From NCBI GenBank assembly GCA_963844965.1, contig CAWJQC010000007.1, forward strand, positions 64,001 through 128,000: a stretch of DNA of 64,000 bases, in the 5' to 3' direction. Positions 8,896 to 19,388 of the stretch are shown here, piece by piece; position 1 is the stretch's first letter, and each line of letters opens with the position of its first letter. The stretch is from an uncultured bacterium. GTDB taxonomy: Bacteria > Patescibacteriota > Minisyncoccia > UBA6257 > 2-01-FULL-56-20. Under the pieces are notes generated by a model. The model was not told the origin of the DNA and did not search any database. It worked only from the letters and a program-made list of their open reading frames with translations. The position numbers and the translations under genes were made by a program.

Positions 8896-10575
8896 CTATT
8901 TTCCGGCATTGAGCGCCGCCCGTGTCGCAGGGCCAACGTTGCCAAGTGGCTCAATGCCGTTGAGTGTTTGATATTTCTCAACAGCCGTTTCCGTGAGGGA
9001 GCCATAGTATCCCGTGATTGGTCCTGAATATATTCCTTCAGTAGTAAGCCGCTGTTGAAGTTCCGTGACATCCTGACCTGTGGAGCCGAGTGTCAGCGGA
9101 TTGAGGAATTTGTAAGTGGTAGCGGCGCTGTTGCTTTGCTGGGCTTGGGTTTGCAGTTGTGCAAGCTGGGTCTGCAATGCCTGAATTTGAGCTGTTAACG
9201 CGCTTGTGCCCGAAGCTTGAATTGTCGCGGTTGCTCCTGTCTGAACGGTGAATGGGGAAATAAAGAGCTGATTGCTGGTATTCCCGGAATAGTCGGTGAC
9301 CGTAATAGAGCAATTACTGTGTGTTCCGTCAGCCAAACTGTTAAAAATTATGTTATTCGTGCCAGCAATGGCGTTCGCCACAGAACCTGAGCAGTCCCCG
9401 CCGTAACGTATGATGCCGGCAACGTTTGAGACGAAGCCATAGCTTGGGTTTGCCGTCGTAACCACGCTTGGCACCGAAGTTACCACATAAATGAACGGCG
9501 CTGAGGAGTTAGTGTTGATTGTCCTCACCACGTCATAACCGGAAATGGGATAACTTGTGTTGCCGTTCTCGTCTGTCACCGTCACGCCGGTTATCTGAAG
9601 CGGTGTGGATTGGTTGGCTTGGCCACCTGCAACGATATAAGTGGCCGTGTATGTCGCTCCGCCGTCATTTGTATACCAAGAAAGGAGAACGCCATTGTAA
9701 TAGCCGGTTACTTTCGCGTTGGGCAGCGCCGTCCCGAGATGCAGGGTGAAGATGATTGAACCTCCCACGCTCAACACGCCTGCCGTCGTGGCGTCAGACG
9801 TGATATAACCGCTTATGGCCGCTGACGAATTCGTGCTGCCATAGATGTTTACCGTTGCCCGCCCGGAATTTCCTTGGGCATCCGTGAAGGAAACAATGAC
9901 GGGAATGGTTCCTTCCTGATCACCGCTTACTAATGTGTAGTTTACCGTGTACGGGCCGGAACCATTCCCGTTCACCGCGATCGTGTGGCCTAAAATGGTT
10001 ACGGTCGGATTCACCACGGTCTCGTTCGTGGTGAACGAAATTGTTACCATACTGCCGACGGTAGAGAAGGCGTTGTTTATATTATTGAAGTTTGCGGAAA
10101 ATGACTGAAGGATGGGCACGACGGCGCTTGTGACCTGAAATGTTCCGCCGGAGAAATAAGTTGTGTCGCTTATGCCGTAAACACCGCTGCCGATGTAGAG
10201 GTAGCCGGTCGCGCCAGGCTGGAACGGCGTGCCGTTGAAGGTAAGGGTGATGGTGTTCGTGCCGCTGCCGTTCACCGACATCAAAGCGGCTCCGGAAAGT
10301 GACCCCGTGAAGCCGCTGTAATCGCCGGGACTTGTAGCCACCGGCTCCGACCACAGAAGCGTTATCGTATTGGTACTTGTCACTTTCGCGCTTATAAGCG
10401 ACGGTCCCGCCGCGTAGACCGGATAGATGGGGGCGCTTAGCGCGATAATGCCCATGGCAAGGAAAATACTTAAGAAGGTGGACTTGTTTTTACTTGAAAC
10501 CATATTTGTTGTGTTTTTATTTTTAGTAATGGACTTTTTTTTGCAATCGTTCGACCAAACCCGCCGGAATTTCAA
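8896..10575 (-). CDS. Large secreted surface protein with a C-terminal peptidoglycan-binding domain
   Basis: Signal peptide, T/S/G-rich Ig-like repeats, and a C-terminal PG_binding_1-like segment (GSTGQDVTELQQRL...GPATRAALN). Confidence 0.7.
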   Translation of the reverse strand: MKFRRVWSNDCKKKSITKNKNTTNMVSSKNKSTFLSIFLAMGIIALSAPIYPVYAAGPSLISAKVTSTNTITLLWSEPVATSPGDYSGFTGSLSGAALMSVNGSGTNTITLTFNGTPFQPGATGYLYIGSGVYGISDTTYFSGGTFQVTSAVVPILQSFSANFNNINNAFSTVGSMVTISFTTNETVVNPTVTILGHTIAVNGNGSGPYTVNYTLVSGDQEGTIPVIVSFTDAQGNSGRATVNIYGSTNSSAAISGYITSDATTAGVLSVGGSIIFTLHLGTALPNAKVTGYYNGVLLSWYTNDGGATYTATYIVAGGQANQSTPLQITGVTVTDENGNTSYPISGYDVVRTINTNSSAPFIYVVTSVPSVVTTANPSYGFVSNVAGIIRYGGDCSGSVANAIAGTNNIIFNSLADGTHSNCSITVTDYSGNTSNQLFISPFTVQTGATATIQASGTSALTAQIQALQTQLAQLQTQAQQSNSAATTYKFLNPLTLGSTGQDVTELQQRLTTEGIYSGPITGYYGSLTETAVEKYQTLNGIEPLGNVGPATRAALNAGK

Positions 10576-10599
10576 ATAAATTGGGCGGGCAAACGATTT

Positions 10600-11838
10600 T
10601 TATTCATATCTCAGGGCCTCTATGGGATTGAGGCCGGCCGCGCGGCGGGCGGGATAATATCCGAAAACGATTCCCGTTAGCGCCGACACGCCTACGGCCA
10701 GGAAGACCGACCACCAAGAAACGCTCGTGGTAATGCTTGCGAATCTGGTTATCAGGAATGAAACTATCCAGCCGAGTATCACCCCCACAATGCCGCCGAC
10801 AAACGTGAGCATCACGGATTCCAGCAAAAACTGTATGCTTATGTCCCTTTTTTTCGCGCCAATTGCTTTGCGCAGCCCTATTTCCCTCGTCCTTTCGGTC
10901 ACGGTCGTGAGCATCATGTTCATGATCCCTATGCCGCCGACGATAAGTGAAATTCCGGCGATGGAAGCGAGAAGCATGGTGAACGTATTCGTAACGCTTG
11001 AGGCCGTGGCGACAATGTCCGATTGAGTTTGAACGGTGAAATCCGCTTGCGAAGAATCGGAAATGTTATGCCTGCCCAAAAGCAGATCGGTGATCTCGTT
11101 CTGCACTTGTGAAATTGAATTCTGGTCTTGCGCCTGGACGTCTACTTCGGAAACGTAGGACGTGCTTCCCAAAAGATAATGTTGGCCCGTTGTAAGCGGG
11201 ACATAGATGACGTTGTCCTGATTGCCGAATCCGGTGCCGCCTTTGGATACAGTGACGCCGACAACCTTGAAGTTAATGCTTTTTATCCTGATGGTATTTC
11301 CGATCGCCTCGTCCGGAGTAGCGGTGGCATTTACGCCAAAGAGGTCTTGCAGGACCGTAGGACCAATAACCGCAATCTTGTCGGATTTTGTCACGTCCGC
11401 ATCCGTGATAAAAGCGCCCTGATCGATTGCCACGTTGCGTACTTGTGTATACGCCGGGACAGTTCCCACAACGCTTGTGTTGGTGTTCGCACCCTTGTAG
11501 ATAACTTGGTATCTGCCGCTGATTTGGGAGCCGTCGCTTCCACGCCGCTCAGCCCTGCGATCGCGTCTGCGTCGTCCGGCGTCAAGGTTTGCGCGCTTCC
11601 TTGCCCTGCCCGCACACCGTAGCCCAAAGTTCTTTGTTGCCCCGGAGTTACCATTAGAAGATTTGATCCAATTGATTGGATTCGCGCGGTGATCGAATCC
11701 TTGCGCACCTTGGCCGATGGAAACCATGGCGATGACGGAGCCGATGCCGATTACGATGCCCAATATTGTGAGGCCCGACCGCACCTTGTTCACCGTTATG
11801 GCGGACGAGGCCTCGTGAAATAGTTCGGAGATGATCAT
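10600..11838 (-). pseudogene. MacB/FtsX-family ABC transporter permease with two apparent compensating frameshifts (near 11700 and 11515)
   Basis: Frame A encodes TM1 and then an implausible R-rich stretch. Frame B over the same ~190 bp encodes the conserved periplasmic segment ITARIQSIGSNLLMVTPG...LTPDDADAIAGLSGV. Frame A resumes with canonical MacB sequence and a C-terminal FtsX domain. Confidence 0.65.
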
Positions 11839-12548
11839 TGATGGTTAACGTGAACAATGCGGCGGTCGTGACTTTTGCCGTCTGTGGCTATTTCGCCGTC
11901 GAGTATGTGAATTATGCGTTCGGCGTGTTCGGCGATGTATTTTTCGTGCGTGATGAGCACGATGGTGCGTCCTTCTTCGTGCAGGTTCTGGAATGTGTCA
12001 ATGACTATTTCGCCGGTTTTTGAATCAAGATTGCCGGTCGGTTCGTCAGCTAAGATAAGCGTCGGATTATTCACGAGCGCCCGGGCAATGGCTACTCTCT
12101 GCATTTGTCCTCCCGATAGCTGATTTGAATGGTGTTGCCACCATGCTTCGGGCAGGGCCGCACCTCTAAGTGCGCGCTTCGCCTCCTCCTCCCTTTTCTC
12201 TTTCGCCGCGCCGGCGTAAATGAGGGGCAGCATTACGTTGCGGAATACCGTAGCGCGGGGCAATAGATTGAATTGCTGGAATACGAAACCTATTTTTTCG
12301 TTGCGGATGTCGGCGAGCTCGTCTTCGGAGAACTTTGAAACGTCTTTTCCATCGAGAAGATATTCTCCGCTCGTCGGCGTATCAAGAGCTCCCAGGATAT
12401 GCATCAGGGTTGACTTGCCGGAACCGGAAGGTCCCATAATCGAAACAAATTCCCCGTCTTTTATGGTGAAAGAAATGTTTTTCAGCGCCACCGTTTCAAC
12501 ATCGTCGCCGATTTTATATATTTTCGTGATGTTGCGCAGTTCGATCAT
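11835..12548 (-). CDS. ABC transporter ATP-binding protein (MacB/LolD-like)
   Basis: Walker A GPSGSGKST, signature LSGGQMQRV, and Walker B ILADEPT. Confidence 0.9.
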   Translation of the reverse strand: MIELRNITKIYKIGDDVETVALKNISFTIKDGEFVSIMGPSGSGKSTLMHILGALDTPTSGEYLLDGKDVSKFSEDELADIRNEKIGFVFQQFNLLPRATVFRNVMLPLIYAGAAKEKREEEAKRALRGAALPEAWWQHHSNQLSGGQMQRVAIARALVNNPTLILADEPTGNLDSKTGEIVIDTFQNLHEEGRTIVLITHEKYIAEHAERIIHILDGEIATDGKSHDRRIVHVNHQ

Positions 12549-12580
12549 TGTGATTTAGCCGCCGCCAGATCTACCGCCGC

Positions 12581-14278
12581 CTATGAGTATCCCGCCCCCT
12601 CCCCCAAGACCCGGAAGTCTGGTTCCCCTCCGCCCGTAGTAGCTTGCGAAGTGCCAGAAGTTATGGTTTGCGTAACGACGGCGTCTCCTTCGTTCAGGCC
12701 TGAAACTATTTCCGTCATCGTGTCGTTCGATAGGCCGACGGTTACCTCCTGTTGTTTCGGCTTACCGTCTGACCCTAGGACGCTCACATGCGAAGTTCCT
12801 TGTTTTGTCGTAACGGCAGAATTTGGCACAAGAAGCACGCCTGATTTTACGTTTGTGATAATGTTAACCGTGTCGCTCATGCTGGGTTTTACGTCCGAAG
12901 TGGAATTGTCCAGCACGATTTGCACGCCGTAGCTCACAACTCCCTGAGATACGGTTCCTACCGGATCAACCTCCGAAACTTTTCCAGTAAAGGTAACGTC
13001 CGGCAGTGCGTCAAGCGTTATTGTGGTCTCCTGCCCGACTTTTACGTTGACTATGTCGGTCTCGTTGAATGTCGCCTGCGCGAATTTCTGGTCGGAAACG
13101 ATTGTTGCGACGGCGCCGCTTGCCGTATCGCCGACTTTCACGCTGACCGAAGCAATGGTGCCGTCAAACGGTGCAACGATCGTGTAGTAACTCAAATCAT
13201 TTTGCAGGTCAACAAGATTTTGCTCCTCGGTTATAAGATTGTTATTAGCGATCTGAAGGCTTATTGGATTGTCGCCGTTGGGATTGCCGACCTGGAGTAG
13301 CGCGATGTTCTGCTTGTCGGCTGTAATCGTCTGCTTGTCTGTATCGATCGTGTTTTTCTGGGACAAGAGAGCGCTCAGGTCGTTATTCACCGTCGACAAA
13401 TAGTTCCGCGTATTTGTCTGCAGCGTATTTACCGCCGTCGGGAGGTAACGATTATACTGAGTCGCGAGATCGTTCGCCGCCCCAAGTAGATTCAACTCGT
13501 CCTGTAATGTTTGCGCAACGTCAGTCGCCATATCAATCGATTGTTCAAGTATGGTTTCAATCTGGTCGCCGCTCGAATTCCGACTTAATTGTTTATAGGC
13601 AATAACGCTCGGGTCATATTCTGCAGTCGCGGTCGCGTAGCTACTTTTTGCGCTGTCTGCAAGTGTTTCCATTGTTGATGTGGTTTTGTCGCTGAATAAG
13701 TTGATAAGTGTGTCTACGTTCCACTGGCTGGCCTTCGGGTTGATGTCTGTGCCATAGAGGACGTCTTGCATGCCGGTCATGACGTTTGGCAGGTCCAAGT
13801 AGGTGTTCGATAGCGTGTTGAACGCATCGTTATATTGGGTTTGCAAATTATCTTGATCGGTGGTGAGGGTATCAAGCGCTTTTTGGTAATCGATCGGGGC
13901 CTGAGCCGTACTTTGCTGGAGTTGGAGCTTTGCTGTTACGAGGGATTGCTTTGCGTTTGCAACTGCCTGTTGCGCATCGGTGTCATCCATCTTCATTATC
14001 GCCTGATTGGCTTTGACCTTGTCGCCCGCGCTTACCCCTATCCACGTTATCTCTCCGGCAACCTGCGCTTTTATGTCAATTTGGTACAAGGCCGCGATCT
14101 GCCCGCTGCCCGAAACAGAAACGACAAGCGTTCCTTTCTGGGCCTTAGTTGTGACGTATTGCAACTTAGTGGAAGTGCCACCTCTGATTGCGCCGTAGGC
14201 GTAGTAGGCGGCGATAATGATAACGATTGCTGCTATAACGAGAAATTTTTTATTTGTTAATATCTTTTTCATGTTCAA
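12581..14278 (-). CDS. HlyD/MacA-family periplasmic adaptor (membrane fusion protein)
   Basis: N-terminal transmembrane segment, biotin-lipoyl-like halves flanking a long coiled coil, and a C-terminal beta-barrel. It lies upstream of the ABC ATPase and permease in one operon. Confidence 0.75.
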   Translation of the reverse strand: MNMKKILTNKKFLVIAAIVIIIAAYYAYGAIRGGTSTKLQYVTTKAQKGTLVVSVSGSGQIAALYQIDIKAQVAGEITWIGVSAGDKVKANQAIMKMDDTDAQQAVANAKQSLVTAKLQLQQSTAQAPIDYQKALDTLTTDQDNLQTQYNDAFNTLSNTYLDLPNVMTGMQDVLYGTDINPKASQWNVDTLINLFSDKTTSTMETLADSAKSSYATATAEYDPSVIAYKQLSRNSSGDQIETILEQSIDMATDVAQTLQDELNLLGAANDLATQYNRYLPTAVNTLQTNTRNYLSTVNNDLSALLSQKNTIDTDKQTITADKQNIALLQVGNPNGDNPISLQIANNNLITEEQNLVDLQNDLSYYTIVAPFDGTIASVSVKVGDTASGAVATIVSDQKFAQATFNETDIVNVKVGQETTITLDALPDVTFTGKVSEVDPVGTVSQGVVSYGVQIVLDNSTSDVKPSMSDTVNIITNVKSGVLLVPNSAVTTKQGTSHVSVLGSDGKPKQQEVTVGLSNDTMTEIVSGLNEGDAVVTQTITSGTSQATTGGGEPDFRVLGEGAGYS

Positions 14279-14310
14279 TAAAATTCAATATTTAAATATT
14301 AATTAATTTA

Positions 14311-14789
14311 TTACCGCAGAATACGTATGAAACTTGCTTCTATTTGGCCGCTTTCGTCCGGAGAGCCGATGACAACGACCGGGTCACCGGTTTTAAAATC
14401 AGCAATCTGGATTTCTTCACCGCCTTCACGCATGATTGTAGAAGGAAGGATGGTTGCGGTCCTCTCGATCCGTCTTGGCCGCTTATGGCTATGCTGGAAC
14501 TCGTTGTGTTTAGAACCGTGCCGAAAGCGCCGTGCGCATTTATGGGGCCAGGGTTTGGAGGAGTTCCTGGGGCGCCTATAAATCCTGGGCCTGCTGGAAT
14601 TCCTAATATGTTATGACGTTCTCCTCCGAAATTGCGGCCATAGTTCTCTCCCCAGGCGTACGAAAACCGCGCCTTGTTATAGCCAACCAAAATCCCTGCG
14701 CCGAAAGATATTAAAACTATAATAAGCAGGCCGACGCCGATGACGATTCTCTTGAAAAGTTTTGATTGGAGAAAATTATTGTAGTTCAT
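14311..14789 (-). pseudogene. Secreted hypothetical protein (paralog of 8337-8813) with an apparent frameshift near 14455
   Basis: The ORF-track frame loses protein-like character after ...SSSIAISGQDG. An alternative frame gives ...TATILPSTIMREGGEEIQIADFKTGDPVVVIGSPDESGQIEASFIRILR, which matches the C-terminal block of the 8337-8813 paralog. Confidence 0.5.
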
Positions 14790-14792
14790 CGC

Positions 14793-15221
14793 TTAGTTGC
14801 TCTTTACAAGTTTTGAGAACGAGAAGGTGTCGCTCGCGTATTTGGCGGCATATTTGAGCGACTCAAGGAGGACGAGAAGTGTAGTCAGGAAAACTGCCAG
14901 GTAAACAACGGGGAGTGACTCCAGGAGGAACGAACCGAAGTCCAACCAATTGGCCGCGATTGACAGAGGGTCGGAGACGATAAGCGAAAGGAGTTTGAAT
15001 ATTTGTGACTCCGCAAGCGCACCCTCCAGCGATAAGAACGCGGCCAAAAAAGCGATTGCCGAACCGAAAAGCGCGAAAACGAAAAATACCGTTCTCTTTC
15101 GAACCACTTCAAATTTTTTCTCGGCGCGTATGCGGTTCATTATCTTGCCACAAAGACAAGAAGGCGGCGTCGCCGCTTCCTTGTTGTCAAGGAAAATATC
15201 AGTTTTATCGCCTTGTTCCAT
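14793..15221 (-). CDS. Putative membrane anti-sigma factor (partner of the adjacent ECF sigma factor)
   Basis: Lies directly downstream of the ECF sigma gene in the same orientation. It has a cytoplasmic N-terminus with Cys residues and a central transmembrane region. The call rests on position only. Confidence 0.4.
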   Translation of the reverse strand: MEQGDKTDIFLDNKEAATPPSCLCGKIMNRIRAEKKFEVVRKRTVFFVFALFGSAIAFLAAFLSLEGALAESQIFKLLSLIVSDPLSIAANWLDFGSFLLESLPVVYLAVFLTTLLVLLESLKYAAKYASDTFSFSKLVKSN

Positions 15222-15256
15222 AACAATAATACGGCGGGACCGGCGTTTTTGGTGCG

Positions 15257-15880
15257 TTAATCCTCGTTTTCCGGCGCTTTGGCGTAGCTGCGCAAAAGAT
15301 GGATGGCGCGCCAGTAATGGCTTTTGACTGTGTTCAGCGGTTTCTTTAATTTTTTGGCTATTTCCTTGAACGTTAGATATTCTTTGTTCCGCATCGTTAT
15401 TACCGCTTGGTAGTGTTCCGGCAAACTGTTGGCGGCCGCATTCACTTTCTCGGCGGCCATCTTAATGTCCAGTGTGGCGTCGGGCAGGGCAAGCGAATCG
15501 GCCACTTCAAGAATCGGATTTTCGTTTTCTTCTCTGGTCGCGAGCGAAGAGAACGGCAAGGCCCCGCGCTTCTTCAGCCAATCAAGCGCCGTGTTTTTGG
15601 CGATGGCGTAGAGCCACGGTTTGAATTGTTTTGTCCGGTCAAATTTTTTCAGATTGCGCCAGACCTTGATGAATGTTTCCTGCGCGATATCGGCGGCTTT
15701 GTCGGTGTCGCCGGTATAGCGCCGCGAAAAACCATAAATCAACGGTAGGTATCTTTTAATAAGAACCTCCAAAGCCGTTTCATCGCCTTTGCGCGATAAG
15801 AGAATAAGTTCTTCGTCTTTTAGATTTTCCAAATTATTCATGCCTACAGTGTCCATTTTAGCACAACCAAAAGAAATCAC
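15257..15880 (-). CDS. RNA polymerase ECF-type sigma-70 factor
   Basis: Sigma70 region 2 (LIYGFSRRY...AQETFIKVW) and region 4 (LTFKEIAKKLKKPLNTVKSHYWRA). The true start is probably an internal Met (MDTVG or MNNLEN). Confidence 0.85.
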   Translation of the reverse strand: MISFGCAKMDTVGMNNLENLKDEELILLSRKGDETALEVLIKRYLPLIYGFSRRYTGDTDKAADIAQETFIKVWRNLKKFDRTKQFKPWLYAIAKNTALDWLKKRGALPFSSLATREENENPILEVADSLALPDATLDIKMAAEKVNAAANSLPEHYQAVITMRNKEYLTFKEIAKKLKKPLNTVKSHYWRAIHLLRSYAKAPENED

Positions 15881-16136
15881 GCAAGCTCAGTATGGTTGTT
15901 TGTGGTGTTTTTGGAGGTTTATCTAAACATAGACGTTAAATTATGAATAATATCTGAAGAATCATGGGCATGGGTATGACGCATTTCGGGCGTTTACACG
16001 AATCCCGGAAAGAAATCGGTTTTGATTCGTCGCCTTTCTAACCCAATGTTTTTTGATACTTCTTCAAATGCGACGACCATGGAGCGCGGGCCCGAGGGGT
16101 AGAACATTCTTTTCCGATAGTCCGGGATTTCTTTTT

Positions 16137-16535
16137 CTAATTCCAGTTTAGGGCCGTTATGGTGAGTTGCAACACTGTCGCGAATAAGACCCAGAGGAGG
16201 TACGGAATATTTACGAGGGCGATCCAATTCGCGTAGGGATAGATCGCGGCGATTGTCCAGACAAGTGTAGCGAGTACGAGGAGAATGTCGATTGCCGCCA
16301 GGATATTATTTCGCAGGCCGAATTGGATCGGCGCGAAGGCAAGATTGGAAACGAGATTCAGGGCGAACGGCAGAGCCGTTATCTTTGGCAATTGGCCCTC
16401 TGCGATTTTATAGAATGTCGCGCCAAAAGAAACAGCGATAATCGCGTAGAGTACTGTCCAGACCGGCCCGAAGAGCCAGGCGGGCGGAGCCCACGACGGC
16501 TTCGTTAATGTTTGATACCAAGCGTAAGCGCTCAC
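16137..16535 (-). CDS. TspO/MBR tryptophan-rich sensory protein
   Basis: Five-transmembrane, Trp-rich sequence (WYQTLTKPSWAPPAWLFGPVWTVLY), as in the TspO family. Confidence 0.8.
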   Translation of the reverse strand: MSAYAWYQTLTKPSWAPPAWLFGPVWTVLYAIIAVSFGATFYKIAEGQLPKITALPFALNLVSNLAFAPIQFGLRNNILAAIDILLVLATLVWTIAAIYPYANWIALVNIPYLLWVLFATVLQLTITALNWN

Positions 16536-16690
16536 CTGTTAATTCTATATTTTTTTGGGAAATTTGAAAGTTTCGGGCGCAATGATTTTTTCGGCTGGCT
16601 GGATTTTGGTTTGGATTCGAGCTCATTAAGTAAATCCAGTTATTCTGGTACTATAATAGTGTTCTGGCTGAGAAAAAATAAAAGTTCTCA

Positions 16691-19208
16691 ATGCGCAAAC
16701 AAGATGTTCTCGGGATAAGTTTGAGCGGGCTTTTTGGCGAATTGAGATCGTCCGAGAACGGTCTCACCGAAGAAGAAGCCGCCAAACGTTTTCGCGAGCA
16801 CGGTCCGAATATTCTCAAAAAAGAAGGCGTTAGCGCGCTCGGAGTTTTGCTTCGCCAATTCCAAAGCTCACTGATTTATCTTCTTGTCGCGGCGAGCGCG
16901 ATATCTTTTTGGATTAGGGATTATTCGGATGGGACGATTATCGCCGTTATTCTCCTCGTCAACGCCTCCCTGGGATTTTTTCAGGAATATAGATCGGAAA
17001 AGATCGTTGAGAAACTTTCAAAGTTTATCAGCCACCAAGTTCGCCTCAGGAGAAGCGGGCAGATTGTGTTATTGGACGAATCACGGATTGTTGTCGGAGA
17101 CGTGCTTGTCGTTCGCGAAGGCGATATTGTTCCGGCGGACATGCGGCTGTTTGAAGCCGACAATCTGGAAGTGAACGAGTCGCAGCTTACGGGCGAGTCG
17201 GTGCCGGTCGTTAAGCGTGTCTCAAATGATATCGCCAAAAATCCCGACTGCCTCGTTTTCACTGGCAGCGTCATTGAGAAAGGTGAGGGCGTTGGGATTG
17301 TCTATGCGATCGGCAACGACACGGAATTGGGAACTATCGCCAGGTTGTCAACGGAAACAAAGAAAGAAACGCAGTATGAGAAATCACTGCGGTCATTCAG
17401 TTCTTCTTTGATGAAAGTTGTTCTCCTCGGCTTGGCCCTGGTTTTCGCGCTCAAGTTGATTTTGAACGGAGGATTTTCAAACGCAGCGGGTCTTTTGCTT
17501 TTTATCATAGCCATGGCCGTTGCCGTGGTGCCCGAAGTTCTGCCGGTTATCGCCACGGTTACCTTGTCAAACGGAGCATTGAAACTCGCCAAAAGGCATG
17601 TGGTAGTTAAACGCCTGTCGTCGCTGGAGGATCTCGGCAATGTGGATTTGCTGTGCGCCGATAAGACAGGGACCATCACCGAAAACAGAATGGTCATAAA
17701 CAAAATTGTTTCCGCCGATGATAAATTGTTTCAGGAGCTTGCCTACGCCGCCATTACGCCCCTGAAAGGCAGAAAGAGAAGGATGCAGAATTCGTATGAC
17801 GACGCGTTCAACCGATATGTTTCCGACGCCGTGAGGAAAGAGGCGGTGAATTTCAGAGATCTTGAAAGAACTTCCTTTTGACCCGTATGACAGGAGAAGC
17901 CGGGTGGTGCTTGAGGATGCGGCGCACGGAAAACACTTTCTGCTTTCAATCGGCGCCCCCGAAGCGGTCTTTGAAATTAGCGGGAGCGAGCAAAAAGCGA
18001 AATATCTGGAAGACATCGCCGCGGAAGGCAGAAAAGGCCTGCATCATCTGGCGATAGCGTACAAGGAAGTATCATATGCTAACGATTTTGATATTTTGAA
18101 AAACGAACGCGATTTGAAATTCCTCGGATATGTGAGTTTAGAAGATCCGTTGCGGCCTACGGCCAAGAATACCGTTTACCTTGCCGAAAAACTTGGCATA
18201 AAAATCAAAATCCTGACGGGAGACAGCAAAGAGGTCGCCGAGTATGTCGGAAAGCAAATAGGGTTGGTGAAAGAGGGAGATAAAGAGGAAGATAAGGTGT
18301 ATCTCGGCGGCGAACTTGAGAAAATGTCGGAGGACGAATTCAGGACAGCCGTTCGGAGATGCAATGTGTTCGCCAGAGTTTCTCCGACCGATAAATACAA
18401 TATTATAAGGGCTCTCAAGGAAACTAATGTCGTCGGCTACGAGGGAGACGGCATCAATGACGCTCCGGCGCTGAAACTGGCGGACGTGGCGATCGCGGTC
18501 AACTCGGCCACGGACATCGCCAAGGAAAATTCCGACATTGTTCTTCTCAACAAAAGCCTTGAGGTCGTTATCAACGGCATAAAATACGGCAGGTCCATAT
18601 TCGTGAATATCAATAAGTATATTAAATACACCATGGTAAATAATTTTGGCACCTTTATTGCACTGGCCGTTTTATACTTGCTGTCTGCCTATTTACCAAT
18701 GCTCCCGATTCAAATACTTTTGACGAATGTGATTACAGACATTCCTCTCGTCACAATTTCGTCCGACACGGTTGAAGATGTAGAAGTAGTGCGGCCGGAA
18801 AAACACAATACGAAAGAACTGGTGTTCATCTCGCTTATTCTGGGAATTCCAACGGCTTTTTTTGAACTTCTCTACTTCTTGATTATCCGCTCACATCCCC
18901 GAGAGTTCGTGGCAACAGGCCTTTACGTCTTCCTTACCTTCTTGGCATTAATTGTTTTCTATGCGATAAGAAACAAAGAAAATTTCTGGAAAACAAAGCA
19001 GCCATCCCGTCTTTTGAACGTCTCTTTTGTGCTCGCTTTTGTCTTCTCGCTCGCGATCATTTATATGCCCCAGTTTCAGGCGTGGTTTTCCTTCGTGCCG
19101 TTGCCCGCGGCGTCGGTGATTGTCATTCTAATTCTGATGGTGCTCTACCTTTTCGCGGTGGATTTCGTCAAGGTGAGGTATTACAAGTTTTCTGCGGGGG
19201 AGAAATGA
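16691..19208 (+). pseudogene. P-type cation-transporting ATPase split by an apparent frameshift near 17855
   Basis: ORF1 (16691-17881) carries TGESVPV and DKTGTIT. ORF2 (17862-19208, TTG start) carries ELPFDPYDRR, GDGINDAPAL and C-terminal transmembrane helices. The two ORFs overlap by 20 nt in different frames. Confidence 0.75.
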
Positions 19209-19320
19209 GGTTTATATCATAACCGGTTATTTTTCCGTTGTTGTGTGTTTGATGGTTACAAATCGTTGGGCCATTACGATAGATTTTGCAATATCATACC
19301 GGACAGTTGGTTAGAAAATA

Positions 19321-19350
19321 AAAACGCCCCGTTTGTTTCGGGGCGTTTTT
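19321..19350. terminator. Bidirectional intrinsic terminator between the P-type ATPase and the CBS gene
   Basis: AAAACGCCCCG-TTTGTTT-CGGGGCGTTTTT. Confidence 0.7.
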
Positions 19351-19388
19351 ATAGCTTACTGGGCATTTATTTATAGCATAGCGTTTTG

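Noticed and set aside
15994-16227. 77-aa minus-strand ORF overlapping the TspO gene end
   Set aside because: It overlaps TspO by 90 nt and has no motif. Possibly a short real peptide, but it is not supported.
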